Assembly: GCA_000320545.1 (NCBI GenBank)
Contig: ADNK01002350.1
Location: 1 to 47,081, forward strand
DNA from: Bigelowiella natans CCMP2755
Taxonomy: Eukaryota; Protista; Cercozoa
Length of the DNA: 47,081 nucleotides
Direction of reading: 5' to 3'
Shown here: piece by piece, positions 1 to 10,484 of the stretch
How positions within the stretch are numbered: position 1 is the stretch's first letter
Layout of the letters: every line of letters starts with the position of its first letter
Program-made: the position numbers and the translations under genes
The notes under the pieces: model-generated
Databases searched by the model: none
Seen by the model: only the letters and a program-made list of their open reading frames with translations
What the model was told of the DNA's origin: nothing

Positions 1-1179
1 CCCAGGTCTCTTCTTCTGTTCCTGGACTTGAAGGCGGTCTAGTCCTTTCTTACCGTTCTCAGAGCCTCGTTCTTCATCTTCATCAGGGTCAAATAGGACA
101 AATGGGTCCGAACTATCTCCTGTTCCACGCAGATGTATAGTTACTTGACGCAAGTTACCATTGCCATGCTTCATCGTACAAAAAGACCCTGCACTCTTCC
201 TTTTCGTCTTCCTGCTTTTTGTCTGAGAATTCGCAGGCGCAGCTGCCGACTTCTCGTCCATTTTTGATGGTAAGCATTTCTTGTAAGCGCAATCGTAAGC
301 ATTTGGCCAAACTTCCCAACGTTTCTTCTCTTCTTTCACACATTCATCAGTGTTTGTTCGAAACTCAACATGTGGTTCGGTTGGGGCACAGAGAACTTGC
401 ACCTGTCGGGCGACCGACTGGCTGTTGTTCAGCGGAATGCTCACATTGTTGGAGACTAAGCGCTGGGTGTCCGAGTGTCCACCCTCCTTCATGTCGGCAA
501 GCTCTGTGAGAGTGGAGGTGCATCTGTCAATGGTTCCTCGACTGCGACCCGAGCGAATGTTGGATGAGTACACTACGCCTCTAGAATTCTCCACTGGATG
601 CTGTGAGTGCACGTTGGGTGAGTCCTCCACGCCTCCAGAGTTCTCCAGGCTCTGCACACGCTCTGCTGATTTGCGATCTTCTTCACTTTGGTGGCTTCGG
701 GCAACATCTTCAATGCCATTTTCCGCAAGCGCTGGGGGTTGGGAATGCTCCACGCTACATATCAATTGCCATTGATTAGCCCGTGAAACACATGAGGAAA
801 GCATTCACATACCGATGCCGCTTGTTGGAAGACCAGTGGCCATGGAGTTGCGTCCGCAAGGTTTTTCCGGCCCTGATCGCTACGATCGTACGAGTAGATC
901 AGTGAATTGGTAAATCGGAATTAACCATCATGCCGATTTTCAAACAGCGACAAATCAATGTGCATTTCTGCACCAAAAACGGCCTCATGCAAGGACCGTG
1001 AGACGATGGTTGTGAAAACATAGAAAAAAAAAACTACGACATGACATGACCAGGAACAACTGAAAGAAATGCCCTTCTTCCCACACCTTACCTTTGATGT
1101 GTCGAGGGTTTGCCAATCTTCTGTTGGGACGTCTTCTCTTTCTTCTTTTTCGTGGTTCCTGCTGCTGCTGTGAGCTCAT
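1..1179 (-). CDS. Orphan spliced gene, runs off the window (exons 1179-1092, 967-926, 879-813, 754-<1); basic NLS-like N-terminus, His-rich/Tyr-poor
   Basis: Three GT-AG introns (GTAAGG..GCAG, GTTAAT..GTAG, GTATGT..CTAAT..GTAG) join in frame: MSSQQQQEPRKRRKRRRPNRRLANPRHIKEMHIDLSLFENRHDAIRAGKTLRTQLHGHWSSNKRHRVEHSQPP...; the last frame stays open to position 1. No family recognised. Confidence 0.6.
551..648. repeat. Diverged 54-bp (18-codon) tandem duplication inside the orphan gene
   Basis: gagcgaatgttggatgagtacactacgcctctagaattctccac (551) vs gagtgcacgttgggtgagtcctccacgcctccagagttctccag (605). Confidence 0.75.
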
Positions 1180-1339
1180 CTGTCTAGCTGTGGTCTTGGC
1201 TCCTTTTGGATTGTGGATCAAGAGAAATTTGGAGCAAAATGATGTTTTTGAGAAAATCCAATTTTTTTTATATTGATCTAGTAAAAAAATATATTTTTTT
1301 TACATTTAGTAAAAAAAGTTGCTCAAAATATATATTTTT

Positions 1340-2730
1340 TTTTGGTTTCAAAAAAAAAGAAATTCTGGAAATCCTGAAATCCTGGAAATCCAGGAAATCA
1401 GGAAATCCATGAAAATTTTGTCCGGAGAAAAAAATCTGTTTTTCCCTCCCCCACTAGCCCAGTTTCCCATGAGGAAGTGACTGAAATGCTGTTCTGAGAA
1501 AATCCATTTTCCACCTTCAGAAAGTCTAGCTGCATTTGGAATCCATTTTCAGTTTTCAGGAAATCTCAGAACGGATCTCCACCTCTTGTTGAATCAGTCA
1601 CGATGTTCTTCCCCCTGGTTTGAACACCACAATGGACACACATGCATGCAAGTGCAACACACATGATGCACACGATGCACACGATGCACACTGCGCAATG
1701 TGTGCAATGTGCACTTTGTCCATGGTCATCACCATGGCTTGCAGCTCCAAGATCTGGCCTGACGAGTTTCATCGTTTCACTTGGTTCCCTGGACACGACA
1801 CGTGACATGTGTGCTGGCGTGCCATTGGCCCTCGGTGGTGCACGTTCGCACAACCACGGGGTTCTTTCGAGCAACTCACCTGTTTGTGTTTGCACAAGCA
1901 CGGGTTCTTTTTGATTTTCCTGAAAAGCCGACAAGGAACTTTCAGAGAGTTTTCCGCTGTGGCTTTTCACTTCGCCATGTCGCTCCACGTTCGAGCAGTG
2001 CCATGTCCGAGGTGCGCTGTCTTGCGCGCTGCGGCACGTGCTGCCTTCTCTGGTTCTCTGTGATGCTCCTTTTCCATGTCCGACCACCATTGCCATGCGG
2101 GCAGCAATTGATCGACATGCCAGCATGCAGGTGCCAGCACGCACACTGTGCTTGTGTGTGCTGTTCTGTTGCAATTCTGTCACTGTTGCTGCCTGCTGCA
2201 CGTGCACAGACGGGCACGAGTGCGCACGCATGTGTGCATTTGCAATTTTTGTCTCGAGCAATGAACTGGCGATGGTCAAGACAAAATTGTTTTGGTCGGG
2301 GCACTCCAGCATTTCTCACACGCCAACAAAGGGCAGCGTTCTGAATGAAGCATGGAGGACGCTTCATTGTGTGTCACAATGACGCGTGGAACACAAGAAG
2401 TGACGTTTGCTGTTGATTCCATCGATCGATGTTGCACGCACGCAGCGCACTTTGCCACAAAGCGCGCATCAAGTTGTTCCAGTTTAGTTGTCACGGGGCA
2501 ACACAGCGCACATGCAGGCCGGATGACAGACAACGTGATGTCACAGAGTGTGATGTTTGCATTGGGGATCTCTTTGTTCCATTGTGATGGACAACGCAAT
2601 GCGGTGTGCATGTGCATTGTCACTGTGCAGAGTGTCCACTGTCAGGGAATGAATGCATGGCGTGACTACGCACGCAGACTTGTGCAGCAACTTCGCTGCG
2701 CAAATGCAGCACAAATGCATCGAATGAATA
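1340..2730. other. TpA-depleted island 1 (core 1529-2484 with no TA)
   Basis: Manual scan: TA only at two CTAG sites before 1529, then none until 2485; TG/CA very abundant, CG common. Confidence 0.9.
1363..1412. repeat. Short tandem array of 8-9 bp GGAAATCC(T/A)-like units
   Basis: ttctggaaatcctgaaatcctggaaatccaggaaatcaggaaatccatga. Confidence 0.8.
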
Positions 2731-2900
2731 AGTGACACCACTCGCTGCATATCAATCACAATTGTCGCCACAAGGCTGCGCACATCAATTGCTCAACAAC
2801 ATCAACTTTATAACTTTGTGGTGCAACTCATTTATTGAACTGCAACTGTGGGGGATGATGTTCTTCTTCTTGTCAACTGTTTCATTTCGTCATTATATCA

Positions 2901-4569
2901 TCACACTGCTCGACTTCGTTTGCAGGATGGGGCCTGAGGCTGCGATTGTGACTGCGGGGACTGCTTTCTTTTGCCAACGATCTTGCTCGCTGAATTATTC
3001 AATTGATGTGGGGTTGCAAATCCGCTCTTCTCAGCGAATGGCTTTGAATCTTTCCTGCATCCAAACTTCAGCAGCATCTTGTATTCAGATTTAGTTACTG
3101 GAAGCTGAAACCAAAGGCTGTTGTTTTCCATGTGCACAAATCTTACCTTCTTTGCAGCTTCTAAAAACAATGGCGATTTCTTCGCCGACGCTATGTGGTC
3201 ATTGCTAACATTCAGATGTTGGGCAAGTACTCGATTCTTCGCCTCAGCTAGTTTGTTGTCATCTCTACAATCAGGGTTGGCTTTCATAGAGGCGAATGTT
3301 GAGGCCGTAGTTACATCATTGATTTTGTCAATTCGGTGCAGAGCAGTAGTGACGGCGCCGGGTCGAGTGGCTGCTCGTCCGAAAAATCCAAACATGGACA
3401 GTCTGCCACAACTTGCTGTAAACGCTAATGCAGGGCTATCTATCCCGGTTAACGGCATGAAGGATCTAGAACGTGCAAGGTCGTCATAATGCTTTAAGTC
3501 CCGCGGATACAGAACGTAGAGCTCGTTCAAATGCGGAAAGCCCTTGGCACTCTTAGGCGAAATATAGACGCGGATCATGTTAACCTATCCAAGCAACAAA
3601 GAGCAATTGCTCCCATTACATCATGCGCATAAATGGAGGTTACGACAAAGAGCAGTGCTACCTGTGTTAGTCCACATGCGAATGTGAGGCGTTTGTGAAG
3701 CTTCGTTCTGGGTGAAATCAGTTCGAATATCTTTCCAGAGCCCGGCCTCGGGGTCTTCCTCCTTATCAGGCACCGTCTGAGTGAAACAAAAACATAAACA
3801 TCTAAATAAACATCGATCTCTTAACATTGCTGCGTCGCCAGTCACACCTTCCGAAGACCATATTCCGTCTTTCCAGATCCGCAATGTGTTGTTTGCACAA
3901 TTGTCCTCTCCCTTTCTTCTCCGATGATACAGCCATCCTCCACACTCCCTCTGCTATGCAGCAAGCGCACAAAGAGTCCCCTCTCCCACTCCCGTAGCCC
4001 CTCCTCGGGACGGCGGCAAGAGAGGAGGGGAGAAAGGGCAGTACAAAATTGGCCAAAAGGGGCTCTGTCTTCACAGTGCGACCGAAGAGAGATTTTCTAG
4101 CCAAATTCGCCTTCATATGTTCTCTACGACAACTAAAAATGGGTAAAAACTTAGAAACAGAGGAAGCGCAGCTCTGCCTTCTTTTCGAGATAATAATTTT
4201 GCGGCTCGTAAGTTCCTTCTCCATGCCCCCCTCGCCTTTCACCGCCTGGGCAATGCCAGTGGACTTTGATGAGACGCCCTTTTTGGGATCAGCGGCTAAG
4301 CGCGGGCTGGGCAAAGTTGGTTGAAGAAGCAAATTGAGCCGCTGTGGTTGAAACTGAGGCTCCGGAGGAGGTGGGGTGAGAGGGGCCGGAAAATGCCCCT
4401 TCTCAAGCCGGTCACCAAAAGAGGCGTCTTGGTTCGTGTCCTCGGAGATAACACCCCCCCCCCCCTTCCACGCCCCAGGGTATGATTCTGAACTATCACT
4501 AACTTTGCTCTCTCTGCCGTCCTGCAGACACATGAGCCCGTCCTCTAAAGTGAGATTGAGGATGTCCAT
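2901..4569 (-). CDS. Orphan gene of ~500 aa, three-exon model 4569-3848, 3776-3662, 3584-2901
   Basis: ORFs 3802..4569 and 2901..3578 join in frame via GT-AG introns 3847-3777 and 3661-3585 with a stop-free middle exon; Cys/His cluster CACC...CKQH; no family recognised. Confidence 0.5.
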
Positions 4570-4962
4570 GTTGACGCTTACTATGTTTTTTGTTTCCCAA
4601 GGTGTCAGGGCAGGGAGGCTGCGCGTTTGGGTTTTGATTGAAATGACAGCTTTCGAAAAGAAATCTCAAAAAAATGTTGCGACTTAGTGGCGCGTCTGTA
4701 AGGTTTGTTCAGAAGGAAGAAACTTTCTAAAGCTAAGCCGAACTCCTGTTTCTCCTCCCTTTCTTTCTTTCTCCAGCCTTCGCAGCGAAAATTATATACA
4801 ACTGTATAATTGAAAACACCAAAAAGTGTAATATTGAATTTCCTTCTTTTCTTGACAGGAATATGCATACGATCGGAAGAAACAGTATCAGATATCAGTG
4901 ATCAGCTACATAGTAATACAGGGAAACTTTCTACTATCGATATACCTGTGTGAAGTACAACT

Positions 4963-5434
4963 ATGACACTGGAGGACTGGCTTCTCTCAAACGGGCGTGT
5001 TAGAGTTGCGGAGCTGGATCTGTGGCGGTTGGTTTTAAAGGAAGCGGAGAATACCTCGGACCTCAAGCTGAGCACGCAAAAGTTCTCCAATAAAATTTCG
5101 GCCTCTATTTGTGTATATTATTTACCGAACTCGCCGACTTTCAGCTTTGCTGCTGTCACTAGCCACTTTGGTTTGTGTCTTCTCGTGCTTTACGATTTTA
5201 TACCTCACTCTCCGATCACTCCATCATCATGGCAGTCATGCTACCCCCTCCCCACCCCCCTCACCTTCCCTATTCGCCACGACTGTGAAGAGTTGCACTC
5301 AACGATGCCATCTGGAGACCAACAGGGATGCGCAAGGGGAGCCAGCTGATGCTGACGAAGTACAAATATTCATAATTAGTCTTATCGCAATGTGGCGTTA
5401 CAAATGTGTACGTACGTGTCGTCTTTATGATTAA
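4963..5434 (+). CDS. Possible small orphan gene divergent from 2901-4569
   Basis: Protein-like N-terminal frame MTLEDWLLSNGRVRVAELDLWRLVLKEAEN; exon structure unresolved. Confidence 0.25.
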
Positions 5435-5489
5435 ATTATCCTTATATTAAATTAAACTCCCGTTGAGAAAATTTTGCCTGCGTGATAAA

Positions 5490-5540
<51 letters not shown>

Positions 5541-5550
5541 GTATATATTA
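5490..5550. repeat. (TA)n microsatellite
   Basis: Visible TATA run immediately left of TpA-depleted island 2. Confidence 0.95.
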
Positions 5551-5604
5551 TATTGTGTACGTATGTACATATATGCACACATGATACTTACTCTTATCTA
5601 GTTA

Positions 5605-6170
5605 TGTGTGATGCACCTGCACATGTTGCACACACTCGCAGTGCATTGGATGATTTATCCACATGCTAGCATGCGCATTGTGCAAAATGCAAATGCTGCA
5701 GGCAATTGCTTTCGCCTCGTTGAGCTCGTCGTTTGCAGTGATTCATTCTAGCATTGCTAGATTCAATGACGCACCCATGAACAATGGATGCAATGTAGCA
5801 AATCCACTGTCAGCGGTTCTGTAGCTAGCTAGCTAGGGTCATTTGTGCACTGCAAAATGATACATGGCGTAGCGGGATCCCTTCATCAAATGGCGATGTT
5901 GATCACATCATCTACATGAGTATGAAAAAAGGCTCGCCTCATCGTTCATGTGTGAGTACTCTAGCTCTGGTTCCACTCGCATGAGCACTACAAGCAACAC
6001 TTGGAAAACACGTGTTGCGGAATTGCAACAAAATTCATGTCGCATGTTCTCTAGTTCTGTGCTAGATGCTACACGTTATGTAGCAACAGCTTGATCATTT
6101 CAAAAATCTGAATCTGTTTGTTACATTGCCCATTGCCAATGCAATGAGCTCGCCGTTGCTTTTACCATTT
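5605..6170. other. Partially TpA-depleted island 2
   Basis: TG/CA-rich; remaining TAs mostly CTAG, GTAG or CTAC (e.g. gtagctagctagctag at 5821). Confidence 0.7.
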
Positions 6171-6190
6171 GTTGCTGTTGTTCGACCATT

Positions 6191-8405
6191 TTAATCTATG
6201 GCCAGATAATCGTCATGTTTACCGTCACTGGGGAGGCTATCATGCTTAACATCGTCTACATTGATGACCGCTGTGAGCAAATCTTCTGGGTGATACCTTT
6301 CCCCACCGAAGCGTTCCTGTATTTTTAGTTTTAACTCTCTTTGTAGATCGCAGCTTTTTCGTATGAAATCTTGACGATTCACAGGATTTGCTGCAATGTG
6401 AGGATCAATAGGAGTTGAATGAATTTTGATGCTGCTTGCAGAATATGTCGTTCGATGTTTCGGCGATCTTGGAGGCTGCTGAATTGGATCGCTTAAAGGA
6501 TTTGGCACAAATATCGCTCCGGGCTCATGAGCTTCTATGCTTGCATTTGAATTCATCTGCTTTTTAAGCTCGATCATATCCTTTTGACTTTTTGCTGTTG
6601 TATTGCCCTGAGACTTACCGTCATAGTTGAGGTATGCATTTCGAGTGCTTGGGATAAAGTTGTCAGGATTATTTTTCGGATGAACTACAGCACTGCCTCC
6701 GGTTACTCCATTTGACAGGTTACTGTTGACAGGAACACTATCATTCTTTCGCTTTCCAGCCATGTTCGTTATCATCCCAGCTCCATAAGATGGCCCGGGT
6801 TCCCTGTGCCCGGCAGTTCCTGGGGGCCAGATCAACGATGACACCGAATGTTTTGAGTCGTGACGAACCAACGACACAATGGGTGCTGGAATAATTTGTG
6901 TTCCACCGCTATCTCGTTGTGCTGACTCTCGACTCTCTGGGAGTTTGTTTTGCAGCTCAGGCAACCTGTAAGAGAAAAGAGTTGATAAATTTCTACCACA
7001 AAACAGAATGGTAACACTGAGAATACTTACGAATTCATACTCCCTCCAATTATCGGATTTGTTTGTTTTTCTCGTGCTGAGTATCTCTTATGAATGGAAT
7101 CAAGATGGTTGTTGCTGAGCTTTATTACTGACATGGACAACTTTGAGGCTGAAGCTAGTTAAATTTCATAGGATATGAGAACGCAGAAATTATATGTTGC
7201 TGTCAAAATTACATCCGTATTCAAAGTTTCCTGGCCCAGAGATCCTTCCTGATGTTCTTTTCGTGCTTTTACTACTTTCCCGCTTCAATAAAAACAAAGA
7301 AGATCCATGAAATACATGTCACGATTTCGATATCTTTGTATACACCACCTTATGAGATAAAATGTCTGGCGTGTAGCCTGGTGTGTACTGTTGCAGATTA
7401 TAAATAAATCATTAAACAGAATAAGATACTATCAAACTAAATTTGTGTTGTGATTTTGATACTATTGAGTGGGTCGTCTTTTTCTTAGGTCTCAGGGCTG
7501 CTTTCACGTTGAAGATATAATCAAGATCCCAGGAAACATTCACAAATATAGTCTATTAATTATATTATTCACTTATATTCCCTCAAACATCGAAAAGTAA
7601 TAATATGAGCATATACGTTCAAAAGAAGAGCGTTCAGGGCGAATGAAACCCAGTTTTGAATATTTTGCTCTGTTATGAAACCAATTATGACATTATGACT
7701 TGTTACCAATAGTTGAAAAAGGATCTATTTATTGGTCACCTCCATCTGTGTATACCATCACCGCTTGCATGCCGTTTGTTGCCATAAGAACGACAGCACC
7801 AGCAACAAATGTCCACAATCTCTTGAACAAAAGGGGCTCCTTCTGATTCTTTACAGCATTACTACTGCTCCATACACCATAGAATGCGTACCAAAAAGAG
7901 GCGAGGAGAATAGTTGACACAACCTATGGTGGGTGCAAGCAATCATACATGCTACCATGCTACAAGGAACCACAGATGCTATGTTAAATACCAAAGTAAT
8001 GCCAGTAATCAGCTCCAGGAAATTAGACGCAATCGTAGAGTCAGGGCTATAATAACAAATATCTCTTCCCTCAACCGATCGGGTTGAACAACCGTTAACC
8101 TCCACCAAGGGTAAAATGAAAGCAAAGCTTAGAAGGACATAAGTAGGGAGCGATACCAGCCAAAGACCAGTTCGTATATAATAATAATCTGCTGCAAAAT
8201 CAGCGGCATATAATTCCTGAATGTATACCCTGGCCAACAGAAGATTGCCAATCCAATACAAAAGGATGTTAATTGCATGTTGAAAACAGCAATTTTGATT
8301 TCTAGTGGAATCGCTGAATCTTTCAGCAACGTAAAAGATGGAGATCGCGAAGATGTAGGCGTTAAAAATTATCACATCTTTATTATATCCCATTACGGCA
8401 GCCAC
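6191..8405 (-). CDS. Multi-pass (7TM/GPCR-like) membrane protein with a long hydrophilic C-terminal tail, multi-exon
   Basis: Successive hydrophobic segments in ORFs 7851..8405 and 7729..7920 and an exon near 7580-7700 (VIIFNAYIFAISIFYV, INILLYWIGNLLLA, LWLVSLPTYVLLSFAFILPLV, LLASFWYAFYGVW, LWTFVAGAVVLMATNGM, WVSFALNALLLNVYAHII); extracellular Cys pair; tail = ORF 6191..6964. Start codon uncertain. Confidence 0.6.
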
Positions 8406-8833
8406 TGAGTTAGGGTGAAGCTTGTCTAGTCTACGCTTCCGACGGTTAATCCACGCCCTGATTCATCATTACAGGTCAACGCGTGCAATTAAAACATGTA
8501 CTTTTCATGCCTAATGAGATAATCTTTTATTAAACAATCTCTCATCATTGTTCGTAATCATGTAAACTAGTCTTTGTCCATTGTCTCAACTCAATTTGAG
8601 GTAACCTTATAACGTGGAAAACACCAAAAAGGAGGGACACAAATGACAATGCCACTCCGAGATAGAAACTTAGATCCTCAGGATACGCGACGTTCGCAAA
8701 AGAGCTCATGATCGTAATTTGACCTCGAAAGCTTGAACCGATGTGAAAGAGCTTTTGCTAGGAGGGAGGCGCTGCAGGTCGATATCGCTGTTTTTCCAAA
8801 GAAAAAGTGGATGTGTGATGTCGCAGGTCAAAA

Positions 8834-9439
8834 TCAGATCCAATTTCTTCCGAGAACTCCATTGAGCAGAACTACGATTCGAACGAGCAAGCAGCACCAA
8901 CTGAAAAAACGTAAAACATGCAAGTGGCCGGCACCCGTCGCTACACCCGGGTTTCGGCGGATGTTTTTGGCATCTACTTTTGGACAACTGTCCAACCCAA
9001 GACCGCAGATTGCGCCCTGCAAGCACGTTGTTCGGTCATTGCACACAATGAACGTGAGTCTTGAATCTTGATTCTTGGAGGGATGGGTTTCCCCCACGAG
9101 ACTGGAGACTGGTGATCAGTCCAAAATCCTCACAATTTGTTGACACTTGCAAAGATTGTGGAGCACGTGCACGATCCACTCGTTTGTTCCAGTGCTGTTC
9201 GAGGAGAGTGCACTTTGCCAGCAACACAAGTGCGCGTGAACCGCTTCTTGAGTGTTGAAGCGAAAACAGGTCAATGGATCAATCAACCAATCGATCTTTG
9301 TTGAAATTGACCCAGAAGTCGCGTCCTGAAGCAGCCCAGCAGCGGCCACCTGACCACAACTTTGTGTTTCGAGAGACTCAGTTTCTTCTTTTGCACATGT
9401 GGTGGTGGTAATGCAGTGGTCTCCATTTGTTGTTGTCAT
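8834..9439 (-). pseudogene. Possible gene relic inside TpA-depleted island 3
   Basis: ORFs 9116..9439 and 8834..9097 share a frame, separated by one TGA; Cys/His-rich at positions that read well as Tyr. Confidence 0.2.
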
Positions 9440-10440
9440 TTTGTTCCTCCTAGGTCAGCAATCAGGCACTAGATGCTGCTGCCATTGCTACTACTACCAC
9501 TACTACATTGCATTTGACAGGAGGCAAACAGAGTCCAGACACATTGAACCACTGCTGCTGCTACTACGCTGCACTTTTCGACTTGAGTGACCTTTGATCA
9601 TGTCCAAGGACAGCACTGGAGTGACACGCACCAACATCTCAAGGCCTCTTTCCGGTCACTCATTTTGCTTGCTGTCACCATCATCACTGTGACTGTGTGA
9701 CTTTGCCATGTCTGTGGACACAACGTTTGTCTGCTGTCATGGACACCACAGCAGCAGGATGCACATTGCACATCACATTGCATGTCCATCATGTCTTGCG
9801 TGTGCGTGCAAACTTCTCATTTGGTGGGCCACACTAGCACACGTGCTAGCATGCACACATCGTGCCAGTCTAGCAGTACGTGTGTGGCACGTTCCAGCGT
9901 TACATGTTTAAATAATGGGCAATGATGGCCAAAGCATGCACAGTGCTAGAGTGCGGACACACGCACAGTTGCCACACACACACACACACACCATTCATTC
10001 CTCGATGATGTGGTGCAATCCCCTGAAGTGTGCTTTGTCCATGATGGCATGATGCAGTTTCGCTGAGCACTCACGTAGTCTAGCAGTCAACAGTGATGCA
10101 GAATTTCTATTTGGCGCAAAAGTCAATAACAACAACTTTGCTAGATTGGTGAATTTCAACACGTGAAATCTCGCAGGCGGTGCGATTTTTGATGCCCACA
10201 AGGGTCAAGTACAACTAACAACGCTTGTCTGCTTTGCGATTCACACAGAACTAGAGAAACCGAAAATATCTTTGTTGGGCATTGCTCAGCGACAACCACA
10301 TGCATCATGTGTTCCTGCCTAGCTCGTGGTGTAATGTTGCAACTCCTCAACTGCAGAAAGATCATCACGCGGGCATTTCCGCGAAACACCTGGCGCGCAT
10401 CTGCGAGAGCAATGTCTAGATATTTTGACACTCAAGCGCT
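8945..10440. other. TpA-depleted island 3
   Basis: No TA in 8977-9408 or ~9567-9834; survivors largely CTAG/CTAC. Confidence 0.85.
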
Positions 10441-10484
10441 GATCGTCTACCAATTTTACGATCGCACAATCATTTCAACGAAGC

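Noticed and set aside
1452-1458. CACTA or Helitron terminus at ccactag
   Set aside because: No matching opposite terminus, TSD, hairpin or transposase in the window.
1529-2730. CpG-methylation decay or classical RIP as the cause of TG/CA richness
   Set aside because: CG remains abundant and TA is what is missing; 5mC deamination depletes CG and RIP increases TA.
1566-2783. Many overlapping Cys/His/Met-rich ORFs here and at 9400-10430, 12550-13700 and 33100-34090
   Set aside because: Artefact of absent TAA/TAG stops in TA-free DNA; no recognisable motifs.
2901-3578. Tyrosine recombinase (Crypton/DIRS) assignment
   Set aside because: No convincing R...HxxR...H/W...Y catalytic motif.
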